From Planctomycetota bacterium (GTDB taxonomy: Bacteria; Planctomycetota; PLA2; JAEUHO01): a stretch of DNA of 64,000 nucleotides. Position 1 is the first letter of the stretch. Each line of letters starts with the position of its first letter. This document shows, piece by piece, positions 28,047 to 37,769 of the stretch. The notes below the pieces were generated by a model. It was not told the DNA's origin, did not search any database, and worked only from the letters and a program-made list of their open reading frames with translations. The stretch is from the NCBI GenBank assembly GCA_965223505.1, contig CBDCWP010000043.1:64001-128000 (forward strand), in the 5' to 3' direction. A program made the translations under genes and the position numbers.

Positions 28047-28394
28047 ATGACCCAGCGAGCGACCAAGGCCGGCGGACTCCCTGACGTGCTGCTGGGGGAG
28101 GTGGCCCGGCGGTTCCAGGCCCTCTCGTCGGTGAGCCGCTTGAAGATCGTGAACGCCCTGATGGGCGGGCCCCTGGCCATGTCGGCGCTGCAGGCGGCCA
28201 CCGGGTTGGAGCAGAGCAACCTCTCGCGGCAGGTCGCCGAGCTCGAGCGGGCGGGCTGCGTGGCGCGGACTCGCGACGGACGCCGGGTGACCGTCGAGAT
28301 CGCGGACCCGACCCTCGAAGCGCTCTGCCACCTCGTGTGCGGCTCGCTGAAGGAGCGCGCCGAGGCCTCCCAGGCCCGCTACCGAGCGCTCTGA
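28047..28394 (+). CDS. ArsR/SmtB family regulator
   Basis: FQALS...RLKIV, QSNLSRQVAELERAG, RDGRRV, C-terminal LCHLVC. Confidence 0.88.
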   Translation: MTQRATKAGGLPDVLLGEVARRFQALSSVSRLKIVNALMGGPLAMSALQAATGLEQSNLSRQVAELERAGCVARTRDGRRVTVEIADPTLEALCHLVCGSLKERAEASQARYRAL

Positions 28395-28422
28395 CGATTC
28401 CGGCGGACAGTGTGCTTTCGGC

Positions 28423-28460
28423 TTGACCCGCGGATAATATGTGACTAAAAGGTCACATAT
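28423..28460 (+). promoter_or_regulatory. Promoter with overlapping operator ATATGTGAC-N6-GTCACATAT
   Basis: TTGACC at 28423. Perfect 9-bp inverted repeat 28437-28460 overlaps the ATG at 28459. Confidence 0.75.
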
Positions 28461-28824
28461 GAACGCAACGCGCCGATCCCCGTCCCGTCCCTCGCGTCCA
28501 ACGGCACGTGATCGCGAAGACCTCGTCTGGAAGGCCCTCGCGCATCCGCACCGAAGGCGCATCCTCGATCTGCTGCGCAAGCGCGCGCGCACGACGGGGG
28601 AGCTGGCCGCCGCGTTCGACGAGTCACGTTTCGCGACGATGAAGCACTTGCGTCTGCTGGAAGACGCCAAGCTCGTCGTCGTCCAGCGCCGCGGCCGCGA
28701 GCGTTGGAACCTGCTCAATCCCGCGCCGATTCGATCCATCTACCGGCGCTGGATTCGACCGTTCGAGGAGGAGAGTGCCGATTGGCTGCTCCGCATCAAG
28801 GACTTCGCAGAGGAGAAGAAATGA
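28459..28824 (+). CDS. ArsR family regulator (SRPBCC-associated)
   Basis: VWKALAHPHRRRILDLL, SRFATMKHLRLLEDAKLV, RGRERWN. Confidence 0.9.
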   Translation: MNATRRSPSRPSRPTARDREDLVWKALAHPHRRRILDLLRKRARTTGELAAAFDESRFATMKHLRLLEDAKLVVVQRRGRERWNLLNPAPIRSIYRRWIRPFEEESADWLLRIKDFAEEKK

Positions 28825-29318
28825 CCAAGCCCGTACAAGTGATCGAACACGTTCAGGAAATCGAGATCGACGCGACGCCCGACAAAGTGTGGCACGCGCT
28901 CACACACGAAACGCATCGTTGGTGGCACCCCGGATTCTTCACGAGCGAGCAAGCCATCGGCTATCACATCGAGCCGAAGCTCGGCGGCCGCGTGTACGAA
29001 GACTGGGGCGACGGCCAGGGACAGATCTGGTACACGGTGACCGGCCTCTCCACCGGCAAGCACATCCAGCTGGCGGGAGACATGGACGCCAACTACGGAC
29101 CCGCGCGCATTCAGACGACATTCCGGATTCAACCCCGTGACGGCGGGTGCACCTTGCGCCTCGAGGAGTGCCTGGTCGGGCGCGTCGACGAGTCGACGAG
29201 CAAGAGCCTGGGCGGCGGTTGGCAGACGCTGCTCGGCGGTTGTCTGAAGGTGTTCGCCGAGACCGATGCGCCGCCGGCAGAGTGGCCGGAGGTCGCGGCG
29301 TGCGGCGCGGCCTCCTGA
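28821..29318 (+). CDS. SRPBCC/AHSA1 domain protein
   Basis: IEIDATPDKVWHALT, EPKLGGR, C-terminal GWQTLL helix. AGGAG RBS and ATGA overlap. Confidence 0.85.
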   Translation: MTKPVQVIEHVQEIEIDATPDKVWHALTHETHRWWHPGFFTSEQAIGYHIEPKLGGRVYEDWGDGQGQIWYTVTGLSTGKHIQLAGDMDANYGPARIQTTFRIQPRDGGCTLRLEECLVGRVDESTSKSLGGGWQTLLGGCLKVFAETDAPPAEWPEVAACGAAS

Positions 29319-29369
29319 ATCGCGCGTCTTCTTGAAATGCGCGCGCCTCGACCGGCAAGGTAGGGATGG

Positions 29370-31955
29370 ATGACGACGCAGACGGCACAGCTCTGGGGCG
29401 CGTGGATCGAACGCAGCGACGAGGTCGCGTTCGAGAAGCTGGTGCGCCCCGAGCTGCCCGCCGTCTACCACCTCGCGCAGCGCATGGGGCTCGCTCGCGC
29501 CGACGCGGAAGACGTCGTGCAAGACGCGCTGACGGACCTCGCACAGACGCGAACGCGCAAGCCCGGCGAGGTGGGCGTCGGCGCCTGGCTCATGCGCGCC
29601 GTGCGCATGAAGTCCCTGATGAACCGCCGCAGCCGCGCGCGGCGCGCACGCCACGAGAAGGCGCACCCGCTGCACGGCGTGTCGGCGAACGCGCCGCGGC
29701 TCGACCTGCAAGAAGAGGTCGAGCGCGCGTTGGACCAGCTCGAAGACGACGACCGCCAGGTCCTGGTCTTCCGCTTTCTCTACGACCTCGACTATCGCGA
29801 GATCGCCTACGTGCTCGGCGTCTCCGAGAACGCGTGCCGCATTCGCGTTCATCGAGCGTCTTCGCGTCTGCGCGACCGCATCGGTCACAAGGCGCCGGCC
29901 TTGCTCGCGGCCATCCCGCTACCGGACCTGCCGACGGCCGCCAACGTCATTGCGTCGGCGACCCAGGCCGGCGCTGCGGCGGCCGGAACGGGCAGCAGCA
30001 TCATTGGAGGGTTGATCGTGAACACCGGAATGAAGATGGCCGCGTCCGCCGTCGCGGCCGCCGCGCTCACCGCCGGGGGCTTCTTCGCGTTCCAGGACGA
30101 CGAACCGATCGAGCCGGTCCCGGGCACGTACGAGGTCTCCGGCAGCGAGGACGGTCAGGGCGTGAACGTCCGTCCCCGCCTCGAGCCGAACACCATGGTC
30201 GAGGGCGCCTACGAGACGACCTCGGCGCCGACCAGCGGTGACGGCGTCATCACCGGCAGCGTGACGACGAGCGACGGTCAGCCCGTCGAGGGTGTCGTCG
30301 TCGTCGCGGAGCCCGTCCCGACCGGCAGCCGCTGGTCGCCGTTCGAAGCACCGGAGGTGCCCGACATCGACGAGGCCGCCGCGCAAGCTGCCGAGGAGAC
30401 GCGCCGCCGTCTGCTCGCGACCCGCAGAGCGACGAGTGATGCGAACGGACGCTTCGAGCTCTCCGCGCTCGCCGACCTCGGCTTCTCGATTCGCGCCTTC
30501 GCGCAGGGCTACCGCGTGAGCGCGCCGCGCGGACAGAAGACGTGGGGCGTGCGCCCCGGCGGAACACTGGACTTCGTCGCGAAGGCCGTTTGCGAGGTCG
30601 ACGTCCGCATTCTCACCGCGGACGGCTCGCCGCCGAGCGAGGCCGGCGTGATCCGCGCGCGAACCGAAGAGCGACTTCAACGCTCCGGCATGAGCGTCTG
30701 GACCGCCGACGCGTCGAAGCTGTATCTCGAGCCCGGGACGTGGTGGATCCAGGGCGTCAGCGACCGCGACAAGCGCAACGCGTCGAAACCGCAGAAGATC
30801 ACGCTCGAAGCGGGACAGGGCACGGTGGAGCTCGTCCTCCGGCTCGAGGACCGCCCGGGGATCCGCGCGCGGGTTCTCGGCGCCGCGGACCTCGACCCGA
30901 CCGGCATGCAGGTGTGGATCCTCCGGTTCGAGGGCCGCGAGCCGCCCTTCTCGCAGGTCGGGAGCCATCCCGATCTCCTGCGCGAGAGTCGGCCCGGCAA
31001 GGACGGAACGTACCTCTTCAGCGACCTCGAGCGCGGGAGCTATGTCGTGACGGTGGTCCTCGGTCGGGGGGAGCCGTTCGGGTCGACGGTCGTCGCGGTG
31101 AACGACCGCACAGTCGATGCCGACGTCGTGCTCGATCCGATCGACCGCAAGAAGTACGTGCTGCTGCGCGTCCTCGACGAGAACGGGCTCGCGCCGGCAC
31201 CGCGTGACATCCGCCTCTCGACCTCGTACGCAGGCGAGAGAACCACGGTCGGCGGAGGCGGCTCGTTCATTCGGCGCACGGACGGGAGTTGGTGGGTCGC
31301 GCACAGTCCGATGACCCCGGAGCCTTCGGAGGGCAAGGACGGTACGTACCGCATCACCGTCTCGACGGAGGCGCACGGCGAGATCGAGCGGATCTACGAC
31401 CCGCTGGCGGAGCGCGAGATCGAGATCCGCCTCGCGGCGCCGCCGAGCCTCACGGTGAACCTCACGGGGCTCGGAGAGCTGGAGGGGCGCGTGAACGTGA
31501 CGCTGCGCGGCAGCGTTCCCGACAATCACATGTCGGGCGGCGGTGCGCGCGGAAAGATGCTCGGCGCCACGTACACGTTCGAGAAGGTCCAGCCCGGCGA
31601 TCACATCCTGACGCTGCAGCTGATCGAAGGCGATCCGCCGAAGACGACGTTCATCAACGTCGCGATGCGCAAGGTCACGCTGACCCACGGGGACAACGTC
31701 GTCGATTGGACCCTGCCGACGCTGCACACGCTGCGCGTCGAACACGGCGATCCGGAGGCGTCGATCCGGTTCGGCCTGAAGTGCACGAGCGATGCGTGGG
31801 GCTGGTACCACCAGTTCGCGAACGGCGAGAAGGGCGAAGCGGCCGAGTACAGGTACGTGCCGCCCGGCGACTACGTGCTCGAGGGGTCCTACAAAGGGGA
31901 AACGCGCAGGATCAAGGTCAACATCCCTGCGCAGGCGGTCGTTCGACTCGACTGA
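29370..31955 (+). CDS. ECF sigma-70 factor fused to a TM helix and carboxypeptidase-regulatory-like domains
   Basis: DAEDVVQDA, AWL, YREIAYVLGVS...RVHRA, hydrophobic segment, GSVTTSDGQPVEGVVV and SDANGRFEL repeats. Confidence 0.87.
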   Translation: MTTQTAQLWGAWIERSDEVAFEKLVRPELPAVYHLAQRMGLARADAEDVVQDALTDLAQTRTRKPGEVGVGAWLMRAVRMKSLMNRRSRARRARHEKAHPLHGVSANAPRLDLQEEVERALDQLEDDDRQVLVFRFLYDLDYREIAYVLGVSENACRIRVHRASSRLRDRIGHKAPALLAAIPLPDLPTAANVIASATQAGAAAAGTGSSIIGGLIVNTGMKMAASAVAAAALTAGGFFAFQDDEPIEPVPGTYEVSGSEDGQGVNVRPRLEPNTMVEGAYETTSAPTSGDGVITGSVTTSDGQPVEGVVVVAEPVPTGSRWSPFEAPEVPDIDEAAAQAAEETRRRLLATRRATSDANGRFELSALADLGFSIRAFAQGYRVSAPRGQKTWGVRPGGTLDFVAKAVCEVDVRILTADGSPPSEAGVIRARTEERLQRSGMSVWTADASKLYLEPGTWWIQGVSDRDKRNASKPQKITLEAGQGTVELVLRLEDRPGIRARVLGAADLDPTGMQVWILRFEGREPPFSQVGSHPDLLRESRPGKDGTYLFSDLERGSYVVTVVLGRGEPFGSTVVAVNDRTVDADVVLDPIDRKKYVLLRVLDENGLAPAPRDIRLSTSYAGERTTVGGGGSFIRRTDGSWWVAHSPMTPEPSEGKDGTYRITVSTEAHGEIERIYDPLAEREIEIRLAAPPSLTVNLTGLGELEGRVNVTLRGSVPDNHMSGGGARGKMLGATYTFEKVQPGDHILTLQLIEGDPPKTTFINVAMRKVTLTHGDNVVDWTLPTLHTLRVEHGDPEASIRFGLKCTSDAWGWYHQFANGEKGEAAEYRYVPPGDYVLEGSYKGETRRIKVNIPAQAVVRLD

Positions 31956-32043
31956 CCCCATCCCCGACGGCGCTCATCTGGACAGCCGGGATCGCACCCG
32001 GATCCTGGGTGTGCCGTCCCGCGGGCCGACCTAGGATCCAAGC

Positions 32044-33423
32044 ATGCGTCGGCTCCTGCTGTACCGCGTCGTCCTCCTCGCAACGGCCCTGACGGTGGCG
32101 TTGTGCTGGCGCATGGACGCGCGCGCCGACGAGCAGCCATCGGAGACAGCCGCCGAACGCGGCTACCGCCATCTGATCGACACGCCCTTCGTGCCCATGG
32201 GGTTCGATCAGGAGGTCTTCGACAACGTGTGGCGGGTGTGGCCGGAAGCGCTGCGTGCAGAGGCCGAGAAGGCGACGCCGGAGGAGCGCCGCCGCATGGC
32301 GTTCGAGCGCTACGGCCTCACGGCCCGTCCCGGCGACGACTCCGGACGTCCGCTGCAGTTCGTCGTCGGCGAAGACGGCGGCTGGCACACCAACTGTCTC
32401 TCCTGCCACGGCGGCCAGGTGAACGGCGTCGTCATGCCGGGGTTGCCCAACGCGCACCTCGCGTTGCAGACGATCGTCGACGACGTGCGCGCCGCGAAGC
32501 AGGCGATCGGCCGCAAGCTGAAGCCCGCCGACTTCGCCTCCGCGATGATCCCGTTCGGGAAGACCGTGGGGACGACCAACGCGGTCGTATTCAGCTTCGC
32601 GCTGCTGCAGTTCCGCGACCTCGATCTGAACGTGATTCAGCCGAAGGAGAAGCTCTACCTTCCGCATCACGACCTCGACGCGCCGCCGTGGTGGCATTAT
32701 CGCAAGCGCTCGCATCTCTACATCGACGGGTCCGGCAAGCGCGGTCATCGCAGCCTCATGCAGTTCTTGCTCGTCCCCATGAACGGGCGGGAGCAGGTGC
32801 TCGCGTTCGAGCCCGCTTTCAAGGACATCGAGAAGTACATCGAGTCCCTGCGGCCGCCGTCGTATCCGTTCGAGATCGACAGCGCGCTGGCCGCACGCGG
32901 CGCGGCCGTGTTTCGCAAGCACTGCGCGGGTTGTCACGGGACGTACGGCAAGGACGGTGCCTACCCGAACCGCCTCGTGCCGATCGACAAGGTCGGCACG
33001 GACCGCGTCCGTCTCGACGCGATCACCAAGGAGCAGCGCACGCTGTACGCGAAGAGCTGGCTGACCGGCTACGACCCCGACGGCGTTCGCGTCGATCCGG
33101 GCGGCTACGTCGCGCCGTCGCTCGACGGCATCTGGGCCTCCGCCCCCTACTTCCACAACGGCGCCGTGCCGACGCTGTGGCACGTGCTGCATTCGAAGGC
33201 GCGCCCAGCGGTCTGGCGACGCCACCCGTCGGACTACGACCCGGAGCGCGTCGGCTTGCGCTTCGACCAAGCCGAGCGCGTGCCCGCCACCGACGACGAG
33301 CACGAACGCCGGCGCTGGTTCGACACGACGCTGAAGGGCAAGTCGGCCGCCGGACACACGTTCCCGGACCGTCTCACCGACGAGCAGCGCAGCGCCGTCC
33401 TCGAGTACCTCAAGACGCTGTAG
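32044..33423 (+). CDS. Secreted di-heme c-type cytochrome (RoxA/MauG-like)
   Basis: CLSCH and CAGCH; YVAPSLDGIWASAPYFHNGAVPTL; GHTF...LEYLKTL. Confidence 0.85.
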   Translation: MRRLLLYRVVLLATALTVALCWRMDARADEQPSETAAERGYRHLIDTPFVPMGFDQEVFDNVWRVWPEALRAEAEKATPEERRRMAFERYGLTARPGDDSGRPLQFVVGEDGGWHTNCLSCHGGQVNGVVMPGLPNAHLALQTIVDDVRAAKQAIGRKLKPADFASAMIPFGKTVGTTNAVVFSFALLQFRDLDLNVIQPKEKLYLPHHDLDAPPWWHYRKRSHLYIDGSGKRGHRSLMQFLLVPMNGREQVLAFEPAFKDIEKYIESLRPPSYPFEIDSALAARGAAVFRKHCAGCHGTYGKDGAYPNRLVPIDKVGTDRVRLDAITKEQRTLYAKSWLTGYDPDGVRVDPGGYVAPSLDGIWASAPYFHNGAVPTLWHVLHSKARPAVWRRHPSDYDPERVGLRFDQAERVPATDDEHERRRWFDTTLKGKSAAGHTFPDRLTDEQRSAVLEYLKTL

Positions 33424-33601
33424 TCAGTTCGCCAACATGTCGCGTTCGATCTTGACGTTGAACGTGCCCTTGATCGTCGTGCCCTTCTCGCTCTTGAAGT
33501 CGATCGATCCGCAGACCCGCGTCGGCGTCGACACCCGTCGATGGTCTCCTCTTCGCTCCGCCAGGCGACCCCATCCGATGCGCACCCGCGCCGACGAGCC
33601 T

Positions 33602-34552
33602 CTACGGCAGAAGCGCGCCGCGCGGATACAGCCAGCCCGGCGCGGTGTTCTCGAGCGTCGCGAAGAACAGCGCGGACGTGGCCACGACGAACAGAAACGT
33701 CCCGGCCACGCAGAGCACGGCGAGCGGTCCGCGCGGGCGGAGGCGGAACGTCAGCGCGACGGCGATGCCGTGAATCAGAAAGAACGCGATCTGGTAGCCC
33801 TGCACGCGCTGCACGAGGATGAAGGCCATGTACTCGTGTAGCACGCCGTTCACCGTGAAGGTCAGCAGCGTCGCGCGCAGCGGCGCCCGGCGGCCTCCGG
33901 CCTGGCGGAAGACGTTCTCGTACAGGAAGCGTCCGCCCGGTCGATTGTAGCGACGCCAGAAGTCCGCCGGTGAGACGGAGAGGATGGGGTGACGGCTGAA
34001 CGTCATCACGTGCACGCCGAGCAGCCGGTGCAGCGCGCACAAGAAAGCCATGCCGCCGTCGAACGCGATGCCGTAGGCGGCCAGGACTCTCACGGTGTGA
34101 TCGAGCCAGGGCGAGACATCGACCAGGTTCCAGTCGCTCGCGTGATGGAGGATCCAGACGCCGGCCGCGATCTCGACGGCGCCGCGAAGGAGCATGCGAA
34201 CGTTCGTGGCGAGCGGTCGGGGCTCCTCGTTGACATGCCGGCGCAAGACGAGAATGAACGGCATCGGAAGAAACCGCAGCCAGGCGTGAAACGGCTGCGT
34301 GGACCACCAGTGGGCGCCGACATGGAAGTCGCGCACCTTCAGGACCAGGATCAAGCTCACGCACGCGACGAAGAGGAACGGGCCGAAGGGGTCGCGCGGC
34401 TGCAGCCAGGGGAGGAGAAACAGGCCGGCCGCGAACGCGGTGAGCAAGAGTCCGCGCCCGCCCGCGTCCCATCGGCGCGCCGGCCACAGCGCTGCCGCCC
34501 CGGCGAGGGCAGCCAGCCAGAGGAGCGCGGCGTGGAGGATGGCGTCGAGCAC
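33602..34552 (-). CDS. MBOAT / wax-synthase-like membrane acyltransferase
   Basis: Multi-TM; PILSVSPADFWRRYN, GVLHEY, FFLIHG. Confidence 0.78.
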   Translation of the reverse strand: MLDAILHAALLWLAALAGAAALWPARRWDAGGRGLLLTAFAAGLFLLPWLQPRDPFGPFLFVACVSLILVLKVRDFHVGAHWWSTQPFHAWLRFLPMPFILVLRRHVNEEPRPLATNVRMLLRGAVEIAAGVWILHHASDWNLVDVSPWLDHTVRVLAAYGIAFDGGMAFLCALHRLLGVHVMTFSRHPILSVSPADFWRRYNRPGGRFLYENVFRQAGGRRAPLRATLLTFTVNGVLHEYMAFILVQRVQGYQIAFFLIHGIAVALTFRLRPRGPLAVLCVAGTFLFVVATSALFFATLENTAPGWLYPRGALLP

Positions 34553-34578
34553 GGGGCTCCTTTGTAGGATTCCGGCGT

Positions 34579-35214
34579 ATGCGCGCCAACCGGAACCTGA
34601 TCCTCGTGACGGTGACGTTCGTCGTCGCCATCGTCGTCTCGGGGATCAAGCCCGTGGAGCGCGGTACGTGGTGGCTCGAGGTCGCCCCGATTGCGATCGT
34701 GCTCCCCGTACTCTGGTTTACTGCAAGGCGATTTCCACTGACGTCGCTCCTCTACGCCTTGATCGCCGTGCACGGCGTAGTGCTCGCCTACGGCGGTCAC
34801 TACACCTACGAGCGCACCCCGCTCGGCGATTGGGCGCAGGAGGCGTTCGGCTTCGCCCGCAACCACTACGACCGCTTCGGGCACTTCATGCAGGGCTTCG
34901 TACCGGCGATCGCAGCGCGCGAGGTGTTGCTGCGCACGTCGCCGCTTCGGCCCGGGGGCTGGCTCTTCTTCTTGGTGCTCTGCGTGTGCGTCGCGATCAG
35001 CGCGTTCTACGAGCTTGTGGAGTTCGCGGCCTACCTGATCTCCGGTGAGAGCGCGGAGTCGTTCCTCGGTACGCAAGGCGACGTGTGGGACGCGCACTGG
35101 GACATCACGTTCGCGCTGGTCGGATGCGTCGTGGCGTTGTCGGCGCTCGGCCGGTTCCACGACCGGCATCTCGCGAACCACCTCGAGCAACTCGAAGCCG
35201 GCGCATCGCAATGA
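34579..35214 (+). CDS. DUF2238 (YjdF-like) membrane protein
   Basis: TWWLEV, GGHYTYE, RNHYDRFGHF, FLGTQGDVWDAHWD. Confidence 0.88.
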   Translation: MRANRNLILVTVTFVVAIVVSGIKPVERGTWWLEVAPIAIVLPVLWFTARRFPLTSLLYALIAVHGVVLAYGGHYTYERTPLGDWAQEAFGFARNHYDRFGHFMQGFVPAIAAREVLLRTSPLRPGGWLFFLVLCVCVAISAFYELVEFAAYLISGESAESFLGTQGDVWDAHWDITFALVGCVVALSALGRFHDRHLANHLEQLEAGASQ

Positions 35215-36413
35215 ACACCGCAGCGCAGCGTACGAACGCCGCGACGGTGTTCCTGGTCTTCCTACGCCTCGGCCTGACGTCGTTCGGTGGCCCCATCGCG
35301 CACCTGGGGTACTTCCGCGAGGAATTCGTCACGCGGCGCCGCTGGCTCACCGAGCGGAGCTACGCCGAGCTCGTGGCCCTGTGCCAGTTCCTGCCCGGGC
35401 CCGCGAGCAGCCAGGTGGGTCTGTCCATCGGTCTCACGCGCGCGGGTTTTCGCGGTGCGCTGGCCGCGTGGACGGGCTTCACGCTGCCGTCCGCCGTCGC
35501 CCTGCTCCTGTTCGCGATCGGCGTCTCGGCTTGGGGGGACGGCATGCCCGCCGGCGTGCTGCACGGGCTGAAGGTCGTTGCCGTCGCCGTCGTTGCGAAG
35601 GCGGTCTGGGGCATGGCCAGGAGTCTGTGCACCGACGCGCCGCGCGTCTTGATCGCGGCCGTGTCGGCGGGCGCCGTGCTCTTGCTGCAGGCGGCGTGGG
35701 GCCAAATCGCGGTGATCGCGGCGGCGGCCGTCGTCGGACGCCTGCTGTTCAAGCCCGCAGAAGACGGTGAGCACGACCCACTGCCGATCTCGGTCCGGCG
35801 TCGGACGGGTGCGGTGCTCTTGACCGTCTTCTTCGCGCTGCTGGTCGGTCTCCCGATCCTCGCGCAGGCCTGGCCGAACCAGACGGTCACGGTATTCGAC
35901 GCGTTCTACCGCGCGGGTTCGCTCGTCTTCGGAGGCGGGCACGTCGTCCTGCCGTTGCTGCAGTCCGAGGTCGTTCCGCCAGGCTGGGTGACGAACGACA
36001 CGTTCCTCGCGGGCTACGGCGCCGCGCAAGCCGTCCCGGGTCCGCTGTTCACGTTCTCCGCCTTCCTCGGCGGCTCGATGAGCAGTCCGCCCACGGGATG
36101 GCTCGGCGGTCTCGTCTGTCTCCTGGCGATCTTCCTGCCTTCTTTCCTGTTGGTTGGCGGTACGCTTCCGTTCTGGGAGCAGCTGCGGCGCAACGCCCGC
36201 ACACGTGCCGCGCTCGCAGGCGTCAACGCCGCCGTCGTGGGCTTGCTGCTCGCCGCGCTCTATCGCCCCGTGTTGACCAGCGCGATCTTCGACCTCGCGG
36301 ATCTCGGCCTGGCGGTGCTCGCGTTCGTCGCGCTTACCTACGCGAAGCTGCCGGCGTGGCTGGTGGTCATCGCGACCGGCGCGGCGGGGTGGTTGCTGAG
36401 CGTCGTTCTTTGA
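35211..36413 (+). CDS. chrA: Chromate efflux transporter (CHR family)
   Basis: GLTSFGGPIAHLG, QFLPGPASSQ, VFGGGHVVLP, AVPGP. Confidence 0.92.
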   Translation: MNTAAQRTNAATVFLVFLRLGLTSFGGPIAHLGYFREEFVTRRRWLTERSYAELVALCQFLPGPASSQVGLSIGLTRAGFRGALAAWTGFTLPSAVALLLFAIGVSAWGDGMPAGVLHGLKVVAVAVVAKAVWGMARSLCTDAPRVLIAAVSAGAVLLLQAAWGQIAVIAAAAVVGRLLFKPAEDGEHDPLPISVRRRTGAVLLTVFFALLVGLPILAQAWPNQTVTVFDAFYRAGSLVFGGGHVVLPLLQSEVVPPGWVTNDTFLAGYGAAQAVPGPLFTFSAFLGGSMSSPPTGWLGGLVCLLAIFLPSFLLVGGTLPFWEQLRRNARTRAALAGVNAAVVGLLLAALYRPVLTSAIFDLADLGLAVLAFVALTYAKLPAWLVVIATGAAGWLLSVVL

Positions 36414-36491
36414 CCCGTCGACGCACGGCTGAAACTCCGGCGGTCGCAAGGCGTCGTGCTTTCCGGCACACACACGCAACGGAGGGCCTCG

Positions 36492-37094
36492 ATGGGCTAC
36501 TCGACCGACATCGCGTTCACGCCGGCGGTCAAGGCGACGCAAGCAAGGAACGGCTCACGGGAGCTCTACGCCAACTACGAGAAGAACCGGGAATGGCGCG
36601 GCATGGTCACGCCGGATCTCGCGGCGTTCGTCACCCAGGCGGACATGTTCTATATGGGGACCGCCAGCAGCGAGGGGCAGCCCTACATCCAGTACAAGGG
36701 TGGCCCACGAGGCTTCTTGCGCGTCATCGACGAGAAGACGCTCGGTTTCGCCGACTTCAGCGGCAACCGGCAGTACATCTCGCAGGGCAATCTGTCCGAG
36801 AACGGCAAGGCGTTCATCTTCCTCATGGACTATGTGGGTTGCAAACGGGTCAAGATCTGGGGCACGGCTCGCATCGTCGAGGACGATCCGGCGCTCATGG
36901 CGAAGCTCGAAGATCCGGCCTACGAAGCTCGCGTCGAACGCGGTGTTCTGTTCACGATCGAGGCGTGGGACACGAACTGTCCGAAGCACATCCACCGGCG
37001 TCTACCCGCCGACGAGGTGGAGCCGGTCATCGAGGGACTTCGCCGGCGCGTCGCTGAGCTCGAGTCGAAGCTGGCGTCGGCGCGCTCCGCGTAA
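36492..37094 (+). CDS. Pyridoxamine 5'-phosphate oxidase family FMN-binding protein
   Basis: IAFTPAVKATQ, PYIQYKGGPRGFL, ADFSGNRQYIS, WDTNCPKHI. GGAGG RBS. Confidence 0.88.
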   Translation: MGYSTDIAFTPAVKATQARNGSRELYANYEKNREWRGMVTPDLAAFVTQADMFYMGTASSEGQPYIQYKGGPRGFLRVIDEKTLGFADFSGNRQYISQGNLSENGKAFIFLMDYVGCKRVKIWGTARIVEDDPALMAKLEDPAYEARVERGVLFTIEAWDTNCPKHIHRRLPADEVEPVIEGLRRRVAELESKLASARSA

Positions 37095-37176
37095 GAATTG
37101 CGTAGTCGGCGCTCGAGCGCACCATTGGTTACCGCACCGTAGATCGCGGATGCTCGAACACGAACGGAGAACGGCC

Positions 37177-37611
37177 GTGGACGGACAGGTGATCGTCGAG
37201 ACGACGGAGACCGACGGCTTCACCAACGAGGTGAAGGCCGGAGCTCACGCGCTCGCGGCGGACGAGCCGACGTCGGTCGGCGGCGCCGATGAGGGACCGA
37301 ACCCGTACGAGTATCTACTGGCTGCACTGGGCGCGTGCACGTCGATGACGCTGCGCATGTACGCGAAGCGCAAGGGGTGGTCGCTCGACCACGTCGAGGT
37401 GAAGCTTCGTCACGGGCGTATTCATGCGAAGGACTGCGAGGACTGCGCGAGCGACAAGGGGCTCGTCGACGAGATCTTCACCGAGGTGCGGGTCGAGGGA
37501 GATCTCGACGAGGAGCAGCAAGCGCGGCTCATGGAGATCGCCGAGCGCTGCCCCGTTCACAAGACGCTGACCACCGAGACCAAGATCCGCATGTCCCGCG
37601 GCGGAAGCTAG
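37177..37611 (+). CDS. OsmC family protein
   Basis: ADEP...GPNPYEYLLAALGACTSMTL, AERCPVHKTL. Alternative start at 37150. Confidence 0.9.
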   Translation: MDGQVIVETTETDGFTNEVKAGAHALAADEPTSVGGADEGPNPYEYLLAALGACTSMTLRMYAKRKGWSLDHVEVKLRHGRIHAKDCEDCASDKGLVDEIFTEVRVEGDLDEEQQARLMEIAERCPVHKTLTTETKIRMSRGGS

Positions 37612-37769
37612 CGCCGGCGAGCCCTTGGTGGCATGCCGGCCGTAGACCCCCATTTGTAGCGGCTTCGGCGCTCCGCAGCTTTTCTCGAAATCACCTGTCC
37701 CCGGGCGCGGTGGCCCGGGAGTTCTTCCCCCATGGACCGGCGGGTGCCGGGACCGCAAGGAGAAGCAAA

